A stretch of 63,587 nucleotides of DNA, counting the filler, from Sphacelaria rigidula (taxonomy: Eukaryota), in assembly GCA_964200075.2 (NCBI GenBank). It is 6 parts of 6 records of this genome, joined end to end, with 100 filler letters (N's around TTAATTAATTAA, not from the genome) between each part and the next. Parts side by side here need not be neighbours in the genome. Positions count along the whole stretch, not along the records: positions 31,847 to 42,360 come from CAXNAA020006355.1; positions 42,461 to 52,974 come from CAXNAA020006356.1; 4 more parts are not named here. One strand, written 5' to 3'. Under the pieces are notes generated by a model. That model made no database searches. It saw nothing but the letters and a program-made list of their open reading frames with translations, and was not told where the DNA came from. Below are positions 38,501 through 50,819 of the stretch, in pieces. A program made the position numbers and the translations under genes. The stretch's first letter is position 1. Every line of letters starts with the position of its first letter.

Positions 38501-39366
38501 CTCGTCCCGAGGAAGGGGAAGGGTTCAAAATGCGACAAATAATCTAAAATAAAAATAGATAGCATCTGTACGCTCAATAACACCCTCCCCCGGAATAACA
38601 TATGCGGGTGATGTATTTTCCAAGGCTTTGTTCTATAGGGCGCGATTTTTGTATACGCGGAGAATTTACCGGAGTATTACCCGTAACCGACAGTTCTGTG
38701 AATTATGTAAGCCTCCCATACTCGTCACAAGGGCACGGGTAAACCCTCGTACAAATACCTGTGTTAGGGTACGATTTTATGCACGGCATGTATACTCGTA
38801 CCTGACATTTCTGTGAGTTCTACAAGCCTCCTATATCGGTACCCGACAGTTCTGCAAGACCTGTACAAAATGTTCACCCTTACACGGGGTCGGGGTTTAC
38901 CCCTGTAGAAATACCCCGATAGGTTCAGTAGTTTCTGTAAGGCTCTCACTCCGGTAGCCGGGACTTCTGTACGTTCTGCAAGGGGCCCTATACCCTACCC
39001 GGCTTACCCGTATCCTACAGAACAAGACCTAGGACTTTTCGACCACGAATTTTTTAAAGAGACGAGATTAGACAGCCCACAAAAAACAACTCGAACAAAA
39101 CAACGACAACAACAACAGACGAAAGAAACAACCACAACTAGTAACTTGAAAAAATGGAAATCTCACGCTATCATATGCTGAACTCACCCGTCTCGCCTGT
39201 ACACGTCCCCCGCCGGCAAGCACACCTCATCAGTCAGCAGCAGAATGTCAGCTTGCGGATCCTCCGCCAAGATAGCCTCGATGGCCGCCTTGGCCGTCGT
39301 CCCTGCTCCCACGATTACGTACTGGTAGTAGCGTCGCCGCTCACGCGCCGTGTTTTGCCGAGCAAG
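32529..39366 (-). CDS. Apoptosis-inducing-factor-like pyridine nucleotide-disulfide oxidoreductase, partial. Exons: 39188-39366, 34752-34874, 32529(or 32561)-32684
   Basis: YVIVGAGTTAKAAIEAI...DPQADILLL (Rossmann FAD motif), PLPKDLL, LDPERRSLVLDDGTEVFFDKCLLATAGKPR, in the same order as AIF/MDAR-type reductases. Both junctions are phase 2 GT-AG. Confidence 0.8.
33872..33990 (-). mobile_element. Retroposon 3' end with an (ATCA/AATCA)n tail; second copy at 61450-61510 (plus)
   Basis: ctga.cacgggctggattgttgcaatcagcta.tgtgagataa followed by atcaatcaa repeats at both loci. Confidence 0.7.
36053..36170. mobile_element. piggyBac-type MITE
   Basis: TTAA|CCCTTGTGAAACCCATTG ... CAATGGGTTCCAAAAGGG|TTAA. 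Confidence 0.8.
36510..36618. mobile_element. piggyBac-type MITE (second family)
   Basis: tcaa|ccccttgactgc..ggtggttcatttgtgaat ... attcacaaatgaaccacc..gcagtctagggga|ttaa. Confidence 0.65.
37300..37570. repeat. MITE-like repeat built from tacccg/ttctgt subrepeats; related copy at 38630-39030
   Basis: Recurrent ggtacccgacagtt.tgtgagttct motifs in both intervals. Confidence 0.6.
38246..38540 (+). mobile_element. tRNA-derived SINE, family B
   Basis: Colinear with 23257-23570; A and B boxes present. Confidence 0.8.
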
Positions 39367-39682
39367 CTGCAATTTTACCGTGTGTCGTTTTCATCAGGGC
39401 AGGTGGGTAAGGCAGGTGGGTGGGTGAATGGGTGAATGGGTGGATGAAGCATGACTATCCATTTGTTCACGTGTTTCCGTTCATTTTACGCTGCATAACA
39501 CCTCTTTTTTACCTGGAGTGGAGTGCGGTTCCTTATAATATCTTTGACATGATTTTAGGCGCATGCGGGGCTCATCAAGGGCCTTCCACCGTGTCTTGAG
39601 TGACGGCAACTGGGATATGATAAATATATATATAGAGAGAGAGTGAGATTTGTTGTCGTGCTGTCGTGCATTACCCCCTCAC

Positions 39683-41303
39683 CGGTGGCAACTAACCGGT
39701 CATTCTCCAGGAGAGGCGGCTTCCCGGGCGAGGAGACCACCGCGGGGAGAGCGATCAAAGACGCCCTGCACACAGTACTGGCAGCGCTTGCTCCTTGACG
39801 CTTAATCGCCTACTATTATATGAATATCACACAGTCCAAGGGTCGTACGAATCATTGCTGGTTCAGGTCGCCAAATCTACGATTTATGAGGCCTGATGGT
39901 TGCTCGAAAGAGAGAACAAAGTTGACCGTGGGTTAAAAATGTCTTTCTTCTACGCAAATTTTGCGCCATTTCACGTGCCTTGGGGGTGCACGTATCTGAG
40001 GTACAGCGCAGAAAACAAAGCTCAAGGAGTGATTCGTACGATACAGATCAACAACACTAAAACCAAGTACATTTCGGACGAATGATTGTTCGTCCGCAAC
40101 CCTTGAAACGTTCCGTCACACAGGCTCACTCAGCTGTCTCTCCCAAGCGTACACCCATCATCATCAGCCCGCCGCAATTCATCCCCCCAAAATCAAGGTG
40201 AGAAAGCTCTTTCGCTCAGCGCTGAGGGCGCACAGAGTTGGGGAAAGCCGCTGGAAAAAGACAGTAGCAACGAACACAACCCGCATGTGGCGCTGTGCTG
40301 TACTATTAGCGATGGTGCTTTGCTACCTCGTGGTGCCATCATACATGTATGCCGAAATCGTGGGGTGGATCATGGAAAAATAAAAAATAAAAACTCCGCA
40401 TCCCGTTTTTTACAAAAATGCATTTGTTTCAGGTGTGCTGTCGACGGCCCCTCCATCTCTGCACGTACGTTGCAATGACATACGACGCAGTCAATAGCAT
40501 GCGTGTGCCTACGGAATATACATGTATACACGTGTCTAACTCAGATTACGTGCGGACGCTCCCGTGCAAGCGGGACAATTAGACCTAATATGAAAAGAGC
40601 ACACTTAACGAACTACTTCAGCTTCACGTCACACTGCGACGTTTTTCATTTTATATATACATACATGTGTAAACCTTTTATACATGAGAATTTTCGTCGG
40701 AGCCCAGGAGATTTTCCTCTCGACGTCTCACAGGGCAGCATTCCACGTGCTCTCGAGTCCTCACAAGCCATCATGTCTATTTACGCACACACACATATAT
40801 ATATACTCGAAGTATATATATTGCCTAGCAGTACTGTAGTCGCCGTCGAAACCCAGGACCACTTTCAGCAAGCGGGGATTGACGCGTAAACGTGAAGCAC
40901 AAGCAGCAGTTATGTAATGAACGGAATAAATATGGACTGTCCATTGCAAAAGTAAGTCGCCGGGCGCTCCGTCGTCTAACCGTTACGACTGAAACCGACT
41001 AGGGTGGGACATTGATCATTCGTGTCTCGGTTGGTGGATGCAGGGTTTCTTCTGAAGATGTATGTCGTTCCTGTCGTTGGAACGTTGAAACCGTGGGGAC
41101 GCGAGCAGCAAACAAAGCTGACGAAATTCGACAGGGTGCGGGGAGTGCTGATGCAATCCACGACATCAAAGTGTTCGGCGTACACCGGAGGAGGAGGTAC
41201 GAGGTTGATCCCTGAAGACGACGGACTCATCTCGGAGGAGAGGGGTAGAGCGTAGGACGGAAAGGAGCCGAAGAAAGATTGCCAATTGGCGTTGCTGATG
41301 GAG
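39683..41303 (-). CDS. Tentative upstream exons of the AIF-like gene (40981-41303, 40825-40861, 39683-39765)
   Basis: Open frames bounded by splice signals with mutually compatible phases. One junction needs a GC donor, and there is no domain similarity. Confidence 0.35.
39837..40105 (+). mobile_element. hAT-type MITE (same family as 29491-29750)
   Basis: caagggtcgtacgaat ... ttcgtccgcaacccttg, with shared internal motifs (tttgcgccatt, actaaaaccaagta). Confidence 0.7.
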
Positions 41304-41321
41304 CTGCGAATGCAGAGAAAC

Positions 41322-41702
41322 TAGTAGTGGGTATCGAGAAAGAAATAGATGGAATACGACATTTGATATCTACTGTGAGAAGTTCGTGATATCAATACGA
41401 TATTCACTATATCTTATCGCCTGATATCGCACGATATCGGATACGACATCGGAAAATTCGCCTCAAAACTTCCCCACAACGTCTAGAATATAAAAACCAA
41501 CTTGGGTTTTATAAATAAACCCGCACATATCGCATCTCGTACCTCGCGACATATCGTGCGATATCACGTATTGCACGGTATACCGCGAGATACGATATAC
41601 AGTATGGTATCGAGATATCGCCGCGATTCTAGGCGATATCGATACAATATATCCCGGATATATGGGGGTAGATATATCGAGATCTGGGATACAACACCCA
41701 TC
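41322..41702. repeat. MITE-like repeat rich in GATATC/CGATA subrepeats
   Basis: Dense gatatc/atatcg motifs in both orientations. Confidence 0.55.
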
Positions 41703-43969
41703 AACAAGAGAAAGCACAACCCAGCCCGTTCACCACTCATTGACATGTGATGAAATACCCCAGCGTGTACGGCAGAGAGTGCTTGGGAGGCTTTGCAAGC
41801 TTGGAGGGTGGGGCTCTTGCGTGCACAGCCAGGACACCATCCATCGTACATCATAAGTAGTACTGTCGAGGACAGTACAGTACACCACAGATGCGGGATT
41901 GCAATTTTGCACACCATAGTGTATGACACGACCGTGCTAAGGGTTATCAACACGCATGATGCGCTGTACTATAAGGGGGACTGGTACCATTGGCGCTGAA
42001 AGTTTGAAGAATGGGAATTTCTTCTACGACCGACGATATGCCTACACAAAACAAAATTGCAATGTGGTCAGCGTAGGGTATACCCTCGGGTACCCTGCAA
42101 TTGCATTCGATACCCTGGGTACTCCGGATTCATACGAAGTATTTTCGACAGTCGATCCCTGCGTAGCCTGAAACGCCGAGTGTTTTCGGCAGTCGATACC
42201 CTGAGTACCGTGGAGTACCGTGCAATTGAAAAAACTCGGGTGCGCGCGACCGTGTACCCTACCGTAGTCACCTGTAACAATAACAATCCTAGGGCCGAAG
42301 CTCTCAAGAGCAGGGCGGCGCGTATACTGCGCCAAGTTGATAGGGCGTTTTAGTGGGAAGNNNNNNNNNNNNNNNNNNNNNNNNNNNNNNNNNNNNNNNN
42401 NNNNTTAATTAATTAANNNNNNNNNNNNNNNNNNNNNNNNNNNNNNNNNNNNNNNNNNNNTTTCTGGCCATTTTTCGTACCTTTCCTAGGCAAAAAACGA
42501 GAAGGTATACCTTTTCTAGGCCATTGCCCTAAATAATATGTAATGCAATATTTCGGAATGGGGGTTGGAGTTGGGTCGGGGCGGGATGGTCTGTATCATT
42601 ATTTTTTGGGACAGGGAAATACAATATTATATAGATAACCTCGGTTGCATAGATAACCTCGGTTACAAATGAAATTTGTAGCGACGCACACATCATACAC
42701 TTGATAACGCCACACGAGAGTAACTACGTGTCATGCCGTCTTTTCTCTCCCACGGTAGGTGTGTCGACGAGCTGTAGGCTGCGCGGAGGAAAGATTTCCG
42801 ATAAAGTTTCTGTACGACAGGCGTCCGGGACAGGCCCGGCCGCAACAGCGAGCAAGGTGGCCACGCAGGGTGCGACCGACGAGGCCGCACCATCATCTAA
42901 CGAGTCGGATGAAGACGGTAGATTCGCCTGTGGCCGTGATGACGCAGGGTTATTTCCCGCCGAGGCCGACAGTGAAAGCGTATTCTAACCCGACGCCGGC
43001 GACGGAGATACCTCTGAAAACAACGAAGACGACTTGTAAACTCCGGCGATGGTTGTTCTCGGCGCAGTATATCCATCGAGCGTGCTGACCAGGGGGCGAG
43101 GATACGCGGGCGCGCCCTCCCGGTTTCGGTAGCCGCGGTTTCATACCCATCTAGGGAGAGCAATACGCCTCCATTCTACGACGTCATCAGCCGGGACTAA
43201 GTAGAGTGGCAACGTTACAACGCTAAACTATGTTCTCAAAATAGCGAGGACAGACTTCTGCGAATGTCGATTCTGTTTCATGGGAGAAATCTAGGGACCT
43301 GCGATTGAGGGAGGGGCAGCACGTTTCGCACCCCGAGTATACTGCCTTTGTGGATTGTTATGAGTTCGAGTGATCATGTGCCTTTTGCGCCGCGGAGCTT
43401 CATGGAATTGCTGGCGGTGCCATGGTTCACACGATGACTCTCAAACTGTAATCGTACAATGTGGTGAGTGGGGCGTTCTCGTAGTATGGCGCGATCACTA
43501 TCATGTGTTTGAGCTGGACGGTTTTGTACGTGTGAGCAGACGAATGTTACGAGAGTGATTACAGGAGAAAAAAGCCCGCGTTTTGTTTTGTTTTTTTGTT
43601 ATGGTAGAACGGACAAATCACGGCGTGTGATACATCTTGTCTCACGTGGTTGATATATGTATGTATGTGTATGTATATATGTAATTCCGGAGATGATTGG
43701 ATATAAATGTATGAACGTACACAGCTACGGCTCAACCATATTGCATGGGTCGGCACGTCTCAGCAGTGGTTGCCATATCCGGGTCTCGCCTTGCTCATGG
43801 TCCGCCAAACGGGGCTGTGCACGTCCTAGCGGTGTACATGGCATCCGTGGTTCTTACGGAGGACAAGACTCGACCTTGCACGTGGCCCGACTTCGGGATA
43901 TCCTCGACAGGGTCCATGCTCAATCAGGCTTCCTGTATACATTTCACCCGGCACAACGTTCGACGTTGT

Positions 43970-44700
43970 CCATCGTCCGCAGTCCCGGATACCTTGGTAG
44001 ATGGCATGGTCTATCGGGGTCTTGTGAAAAACGAAACCTTGGCAGGGGACACTTCCCTATATACGGGAGGGGTCCATCCTTGTGCAGGTTTCGACAAAAT
44101 CTGTCTCCTCGCACAAGGTCTCATGCTATGCAGGGTCCGCATATTTGGATGCCCTAGTAGGAGGTGGTAGCTTTCAAGGTCGTCTCAAGAATGAACCTTG
44201 AGAGGCATCGCCCCCTACACTCTGTGCAGGGTCCACAGTTGAACAGGATCAATAAAATCTGTCCCCTTGCACAAGGTCTCATGCTGTGCAGGGTCCACAC
44301 ATTTGGATACTCTAGTAGGTGGTAGGACCTATCAAGGTCGTCACGAAAATCAACCTTGACAGGCGTCGCCCCCGACACCCTGTGCAGGGTCCACTGTTGT
44401 ACAAGGTTGAAAAAAACTGCCTCCTTGCACAAGATCTTATGCTGTGCAGGGTCCGCACATTTGGATACCTTGATAGGTGGTAGCACCTGCCAGGGTCGTC
44501 GCGAAAATCAACCTGGACAGGCGTCGCCCACTACACCCTGTGCAGGGTCCACCGTTGTACAGGGTTGAAAAAATCTGCCTCCTGGTACAAGGTCTCATGC
44601 TGTGCAGGGTCCGCACATTTGAATACCCTGAAAGGGGGTAGCACCTACCAGGGTCGTCGCAAAAATCAACCTTGACAGGGTGTTGTCCCTTCGACCCTGC
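43970..44700. repeat. Tandem array with a 158-bp unit, about 4.5 copies
   Basis: The motif (c/t)atgct(a/g)tgcagggtcc starts at 44122, 44280, 44438 and 44596. Confidence 0.9.
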
Positions 44701-44879
44701 CGCTGTAGCCGAATGTCCATCTGTGTGGGCCATCACTACGCTCTGCTCCTATGACTGCATCCCGGCTATACTGAGTAAGAGAGGCTTGTAGATATAACAT
44801 GACGCTATGAAACACGTGAGCTCCTTATCAAGAGTCTGCACTAGGATAAGCTTACTATGTGACTGTTCTTGGCGAATAG

Positions 44880-47800
44880 CTATAGGTCGTACGTTGTGCC
44901 CACGTGGGAGCTGGGGTTAGCTGGACCCAATGGTATCTCCTGGTACTCGTACTGAGAGACGTCAGCCAATGCATTAGCTAATCCCCTTATTATAACACGG
45001 TGCATGTACTGCTGGGGTTTCGATGACCACAACTTTCCTGCTTTCGGAGAACGATTCCCCGTGAAAAGCACCCCATTCCCGTCGATGCCTCGTATTGTGT
45101 GAAGTGTCTTGCTAGACACGTGTCTGAGGCACCGGTGCCACAATTCTGCGTCCGCTGTTGTTAACATCGCCATTGTACTTATTTTTTCACCTTCAGCTAA
45201 AGTCACCTGCTTTCCTGTACCCGCGCCGGTCGCACCGTCCACGCGTATGATGAATGTGTATAGACCGTGGTCATGGAGTGACTGCTTCAGGGGTAGTTGG
45301 AAAGACGCGACTTCCAAGCGTGGATTCGCCGGGTCGAACACGACGATGATTCCTCTTCTTGTGACAGGGTTCTTGACGGAGAACTAATGGCGCCCCAGAC
45401 CTACATAAAATGGGAGAGATACTTCGTGAGAGACTCCATGTTGGTCTGTCACCATTCGCAGGACAGTAACTGAGGCTGTAGCATTCAACACATATCCTCC
45501 GGCCGCAGTTATTCGAAAGGGATTGGGTAATATTGTGTAGTCGGGAAACGTCTCCAGTAAGCCAGGATTCAAAAATTTGTCGAGAAGATTGTCGGTTATC
45601 CCGCTGTCGACCAGTAGCGAGAGTAGAGTGTCAGAAGCCAGTAAAGCTACACCCATAGTGGGATGTACCGCTCTACTTTCCGTGGCTTCCTCAATTGCTA
45701 CATATATCCGACCGTCCCCGGCGGGTGGCACTCCAGCCTGAATCGGTCTCCCCAGGGAGAGAGGTGAAGCTGGTTGATTGAAGAAAGCCATCGTAGCCGG
45801 GGCCATGGCAGAAAATGAGACGCCTCCATTCTGAGCTGTCGAGCCACTGACCGCTGTATTCAAAGCTTCTGAACCACCAGCAGTTGGGCATCCCGTTGCT
45901 GTAGCACCAGCCGTTGGTTGCGACTGGTGTGCGGGTGCACCGGTGACTGCGTTAGAAGGGTACGCCACCATATGCGCGTAGTGTACCACACCAGCAGTGG
46001 CACTCTCTTTCTGAATACGGCGGTCAGCATTGTCATGCGTTCTGGAACGATGGTAAGAGCACCACTTCGCCGTCTTCTCTTTACCGTTGATCGTATTGCC
46101 CCCTTTTGCCATTCCCCCTCTGCGTTGTGACAAACTCTCCTTTCTGGTCGCATGAGAATGGGTGGGGCAATCCCACCGGTAGTGTCCGAGTCTGTTGCAA
46201 GCGAAACACTTGATGCCTGCTGCCTCAGCAGACAGTGCAGTGCCGGGTCCAGCAAGAACGAACGAGAACCCGAGCGAGCCACATGCTCAACATAGTAGCG
46301 TATGACTGAGGCTCGAAGTTTCTCCAGGCCAACATTCTCGTCGACATATGTATGTTGAATTACGCCGGCATGCTCGGCAGATAGGCCCTGGGTAATAATG
46401 TCTTCGTATCTAATTCCAGACAGCGGATCGCCAAGGACACGCAGGCGATTCCTATCAGTGTCCTATCCTCGGAAGTAAATGTGAGGGTCTGTCCCATGCT
46501 ACATGCGACGGGACAACAGAGAGCGAGGGGTAGTATGGATCGCTTCCTTTGTTCGACCAAACTATTTCGCTTCTAGGGCCTTCCATGCTGCATGCCCATC
46601 TCCTGAGATCGTCGTACCAACAGTGGTATCTTCACCACTGTCAGACTCGTGAACTTCTTGCTCGAATCGAGCAATAACTGACTGCGCGGGCCCTGATGTA
46701 ATAAGGTAGAGTAAAGAAAATAGCTCTGTCTGAGCCTTGGCCCGAGCTCGTTTTTCTGCGGCGGAAGCATTATCAGTAGGCGGTCGCTTACCGTTGAGCA
46801 GTGACAGCACGTCAGGTGCATGCAGGCTCAGCAGCACTCGCAATTTTAAACGCCAGTCTCTAAATTTGGCAATGTCATACCCGTCAAAGACGTACGTCCA
46901 GCAGGCGCGTTGCCTGTGTAATACCTTTGTTCGCCTCGGTCATGTTACTTTCGGGACGTAAAACGTGTGTCCAAAGAACCGCACTTTGGTCAGTATGCTG
47001 ACCAAGTCACAACTCGTACTGTATAGACGAGCTCCCGTCGCTTCGTGCTAACCCTAAGAGCACCTTTTGTTCTGTATAGGTGAGCTGTCAACACCTGCTA
47101 GAAACAGCCAGGTGTACTGTCCTGGAATCCGCAAACACAAAAAGTCGATGTGATTCTCCACTGATGGAACCGCACGCCGTTCAGCGTGCGAACTCAACAC
47201 ACCACTCGTGCTGTATAGACGAGCTGACGTCGGTCTGTGCTTACCCAAGGCACTACTCGTACTGTATAGACGAGATGTAAACACCTGCAAACCAGCTAGG
47301 TGTACTGTACTGGAAACTGGAAACTCACAACGTCGATGAGATTTTCCCAATGATGAACTCCGAACGTCGGCTTTGTGTGCCGATGATGGAAACTCAGAAG
47401 CAAGATACCGCGAAAACCGAGCGATACGCGCAACTGCTCGTTTCCGTCGTTCCTTTGCAAAAGCCAGCCAGTGTGACCTACATGTGTGCAGCTTAGCTTA
47501 AAGTCGAAGTGATCAGTCCCGAACAAAAGCCCAAGGTGACTCAACTCACGTGGATATCCTGATACAAGCACCCGAGATACGTTGATCCTAATCCAAGCGC
47601 CTCAGAGGAACTAGGGAACGTCTTCCAAAAACTCTCAAAGATGCTCGAAACCACGCGGCTCGTGATCTGTCAGGATTAAACGGTGTGTAGTGCCTCGAAC
47701 GTGTCGCAGGGGCAGGCGCCGCAGCTGCTAAGCTGATCGGGAGAAGGGTGTAAACACAAAGTACGGAGCTTGTATCGATTGTTTCGAGAACGTGGAGAAA

Positions 47801-47899
47801 AGAGTAGACAAGAAGGTGACCATCTACAGATCTACAGTACCATCACTTTGACGGTTACAACAAGTTGAACCGTAACTAATCACACCGACTATTGTGACA
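44880..47899 (-). mobile_element. Decayed Ty1/Copia-derived element: LTR, gag, protease and GAG-pre-integrase, with no integrase core or RT
   Basis: Putative LTR 47668-47899 (TGTCA...TGACA). gag: ELFSLLYLITSGPAQSVI...GDGHAAWKALEAK and KWCSYHRSRTHDNAD. Protease: LLVDSG. Pre-integrase: ELWHRCLRHVS. Stops and frameshifts separate the segments. Confidence 0.8.
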
Positions 47900-48571
47900 A
47901 CGCCTTAATGCTCTTGAACGTTGACTACTAAATGAATATATGTCCTTGTATCATTTCACGTTTTTCACCACCTTTGCCGAGTTTCCCCAGGTGGCAAGGC
48001 ATCTTATCACGCGCTTGTTTTTGCAGTGCTCGAAGAACATGGAGCGGTACATTACCTTTCAGATTTGGATGTCATCTGATACCTGTGGCGCGTGTTCTGC
48101 TCATCGAAATTCGCCCACACTGACTCTTTTTTGCGGGGTGTCGATCCCGAACCACTAAAGCCTCATCATGGAAAACTCCAAACAAGAACCCGTACCACAA
48201 AAGCCTGTTCATGGCGGGGTATTTCTTTGCGTTCTCGTTGATTCGGGAGTACGAAGACAGCAGTTGTGTAGCGAATGTTACAAGAACATGAAAGCAAAGC
48301 ACTTGAAAACAGTTGAACATTGCGTTCGCCCTAGTCAGCAGCAAAACCAAGACCGTGCAATGAGCTGTTGGCGAATTGAAAAAGGCACACACGTGGGCAA
48401 ACGTCCTCACTGTCGGTCAGCTATGCTCGACAAGCGCAGAGGGATGACCAAATCCCTGTGGTCATGCAATCCGTAACAGAGAGTTCCCTCAAAGGATGCA
48501 CCTGAGTGAAGTACCGGCGCAAGAATGTCCTTGTGACAAGGATGCATCCCTGCACAAATACTTCACCGAGG

Positions 48572-48920
48572 GGGGGCTTGAAGAAATGTACGTAAACAAT
48601 GGTTGGTGCTATGGAGATGCCACCAACCCTAACGCTAACCCTAGCACTAACATCGACCAAGGCATACCGAGAAGTCTCAGGCAAGGAGGGTTCAGTTTCG
48701 TAGATAAAGCGTGCGTTACGAGAACTCGAATCGACGCCTTTCGAGAGCTCAAATCGACGCCTTTGAGCCAATTTTGGACCAAAACACGTTCTGGACGACC
48801 TGGTTCTACTGCTCACCACGGCTCACCTGCCTCAAATCATGATTTTCCCGAGAACTTTCTTTATTCTGAAACCAAGTCAAATCGAGTAACAATCGCTGTT
48901 TATGTATAACTCCATGACGC
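48572..48920 (+). mobile_element. TIR MITE with a telomere-like core (copy of 2280-2612)
   Basis: Colinear: tacgtaaacaatggttgg..ggagatgcc..aaccctaac..gaccaaggcataccg...ttttggaccaaaaca. Confidence 0.7.
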
Positions 48921-49419
48921 ACGGCCCCAAGCGCGCTGCAGCCGCTGCGAGGCGCTGAAACATCGCTCATAGGCTGTGCAATCAACACTCAACAGTTCCA
49001 AGTCGCTATATCTGGTGCTGTGCGCTGCAGCAGTGCGCACTAGAGGGCAAAACGGTAAGATTTTGTTCCGAAAAAAAGTGTTTTGCTTTTGGCGCAACAC
49101 TGACTTCACAGGATCGTCTCTGTGCCGGTGCTCCGCAGGTTAATAACTGTGAGTTAGCCCGCTGCTTCGGTAAGGGCCCCGCGGAGGGATATTTCGGAAC
49201 TGAAACGATTGAATAACTAATTGACCGTTTTTCCTCCTCAACCGTATCCTCTACTTTCAATCTCACGAAAACATCCTTCTATGTACTTGGAGGCTCCCTC
49301 ATCAGTTGTGTTTGTTTGTCCACGTCTGTTTATTTTTCGCGGAGGGCATTATATACTTGCTCGATCGAAGCGGACAAAGCGATGACTCGCGCGCTTCTTC
49401 TCCCTTCATTCAACCCATG

Positions 49420-49607
49420 TCTATTACGTACATGTATCATTTCACATGTTCACCACTTTTACCGAGTTTTCTTTGCCAGCAAGGCATTTTCCCCCACGCT
49501 TTCTTTTGCAGCGCACTGAAAAAGCATACTCGTACGAAGTATATGTTATACTTTCGACTTGCGTCACCACCAGGAGGCCTGTACCAACCTCCCGAAGGGG
49601 AATCTTG
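49420..49607 (+). mobile_element. Mini Helitron-like element
   Basis: Starts with TC and ends with the hairpin ggaggcctgtaccaacctcc plus CTTG|T. Both halves occur elsewhere in the window. Confidence 0.55.
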
Positions 49608-50819
49608 TATATATATATATATATATATCGATTCTTGACATTGTCTTCATCCTTGACGGCGAAAATGCAGCAGAACCTACAGCAGCACGAAGCTTGCATA
49701 AGCTGCAGCATGATTTGTTGTAGGGTACTCCCGCAAAAACGCTCTGGATCTGTATTCAGATCCTCTCCCCCCTCACCCTTTCTCTCTCTGTCTCTGTCTC
49801 TGTCTCTGTCTCTGTCTCCCTACGATAAATATTGCTGCGGATACCTTGACGGAAATTCGGGGGCCTGCTTCGATTCAGCGATGAGACTTTGATGTGGATA
49901 TGAAATCCGTACTGGCTCCGTTGACGCAAGGACGGAGCTCTGTAGGGTGCCTGTTGAACAATCACTTGAGTTTGGTGTCGGTCCACTATTTAGTAAGGTA
50001 TGACAGGTATAGCAGTGAGTCAACATCCGAGACAAGGGCAAAAACTATTAGTCCTGAGAATACAGGTAAACATTTCATCTTCACCTCTGCATAGATTCCG
50101 TGCCTCTTGTGCTGGCCCACCAATCAACTGGATACACACTGTGAACATCTCATGACTGATACTGGACCGCTGTATGGTCGCCATAGCACTCTCAAAAGTA
50201 CATGGTGGATGACCTTGAATACTCCACCGCCAAGAATGTTCCCCGCTCATGCAACTTACCAATCACGAACAAAATAGGGTGAGTGGGCCTCCCTGTGACA
50301 GCTCTACCGTAGAAACGCGCATATAAACGCATTCTCGGGGTACTTTTCTCGCGTTGCGACAATTTTACTTCGTTCGCTTCAAATTGTCGTTGATAGCAGT
50401 AACGGTTGTTCGAACGCGCTTGCTTTCGATAAAGAAGGCCCATTCATACTGCGTTACACTGTTTTTACCCAAAAACAAGGTCACCGCGAGTGTGTGAGGT
50501 CGTCTGAACGCTGTGGCGGAATCCTTGGCTAGAATCAAACAACGGCTAGAATCAAACAACGGCTAGAATCAAACAAAGCTCTCACATAAGGTACAGCATT
50601 ATCGCAGGTCAAAGCTCTCGAAAGGTGTAGCCTTTTTGCAGGTCGACCTCCAGCGTAGCCGCATATCCTTGTTTGGTCTAACTACACAGCTTTGGAGTCA
50701 AGAAGTTTTAATACCCAAGCTGAACTTGAGGAGTTGTACACTCCCCACACACTGAATCCACCTAAGTGGTAGAAGTAGTCCAGATGAACTCACACAGCAA
50801 GTGCAAGCCAAACTCGACT

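Noticed and set aside
11768..41303. Glycosyltransferase + sulfatase + oxidoreductase as a polysaccharide gene cluster
   Set aside because: The three genes lie on different contigs separated by artificial linkers.
42700..43190. GC-rich acidic ORF fragments
   Set aside because: Interrupted by stops and without a domain match; possibly part of the neighbouring retroelement.
43970..44700. CRISPR-like array or repeat-protein ORF
   Set aside because: Whole units are repeated with no unique spacers, no cas genes are present, and the 158-bp period is not a multiple of three.
49690..50600. Decayed LINE 3' region ending in (GAGACA)n
   Set aside because: No RT or endonuclease motif could be recognised.
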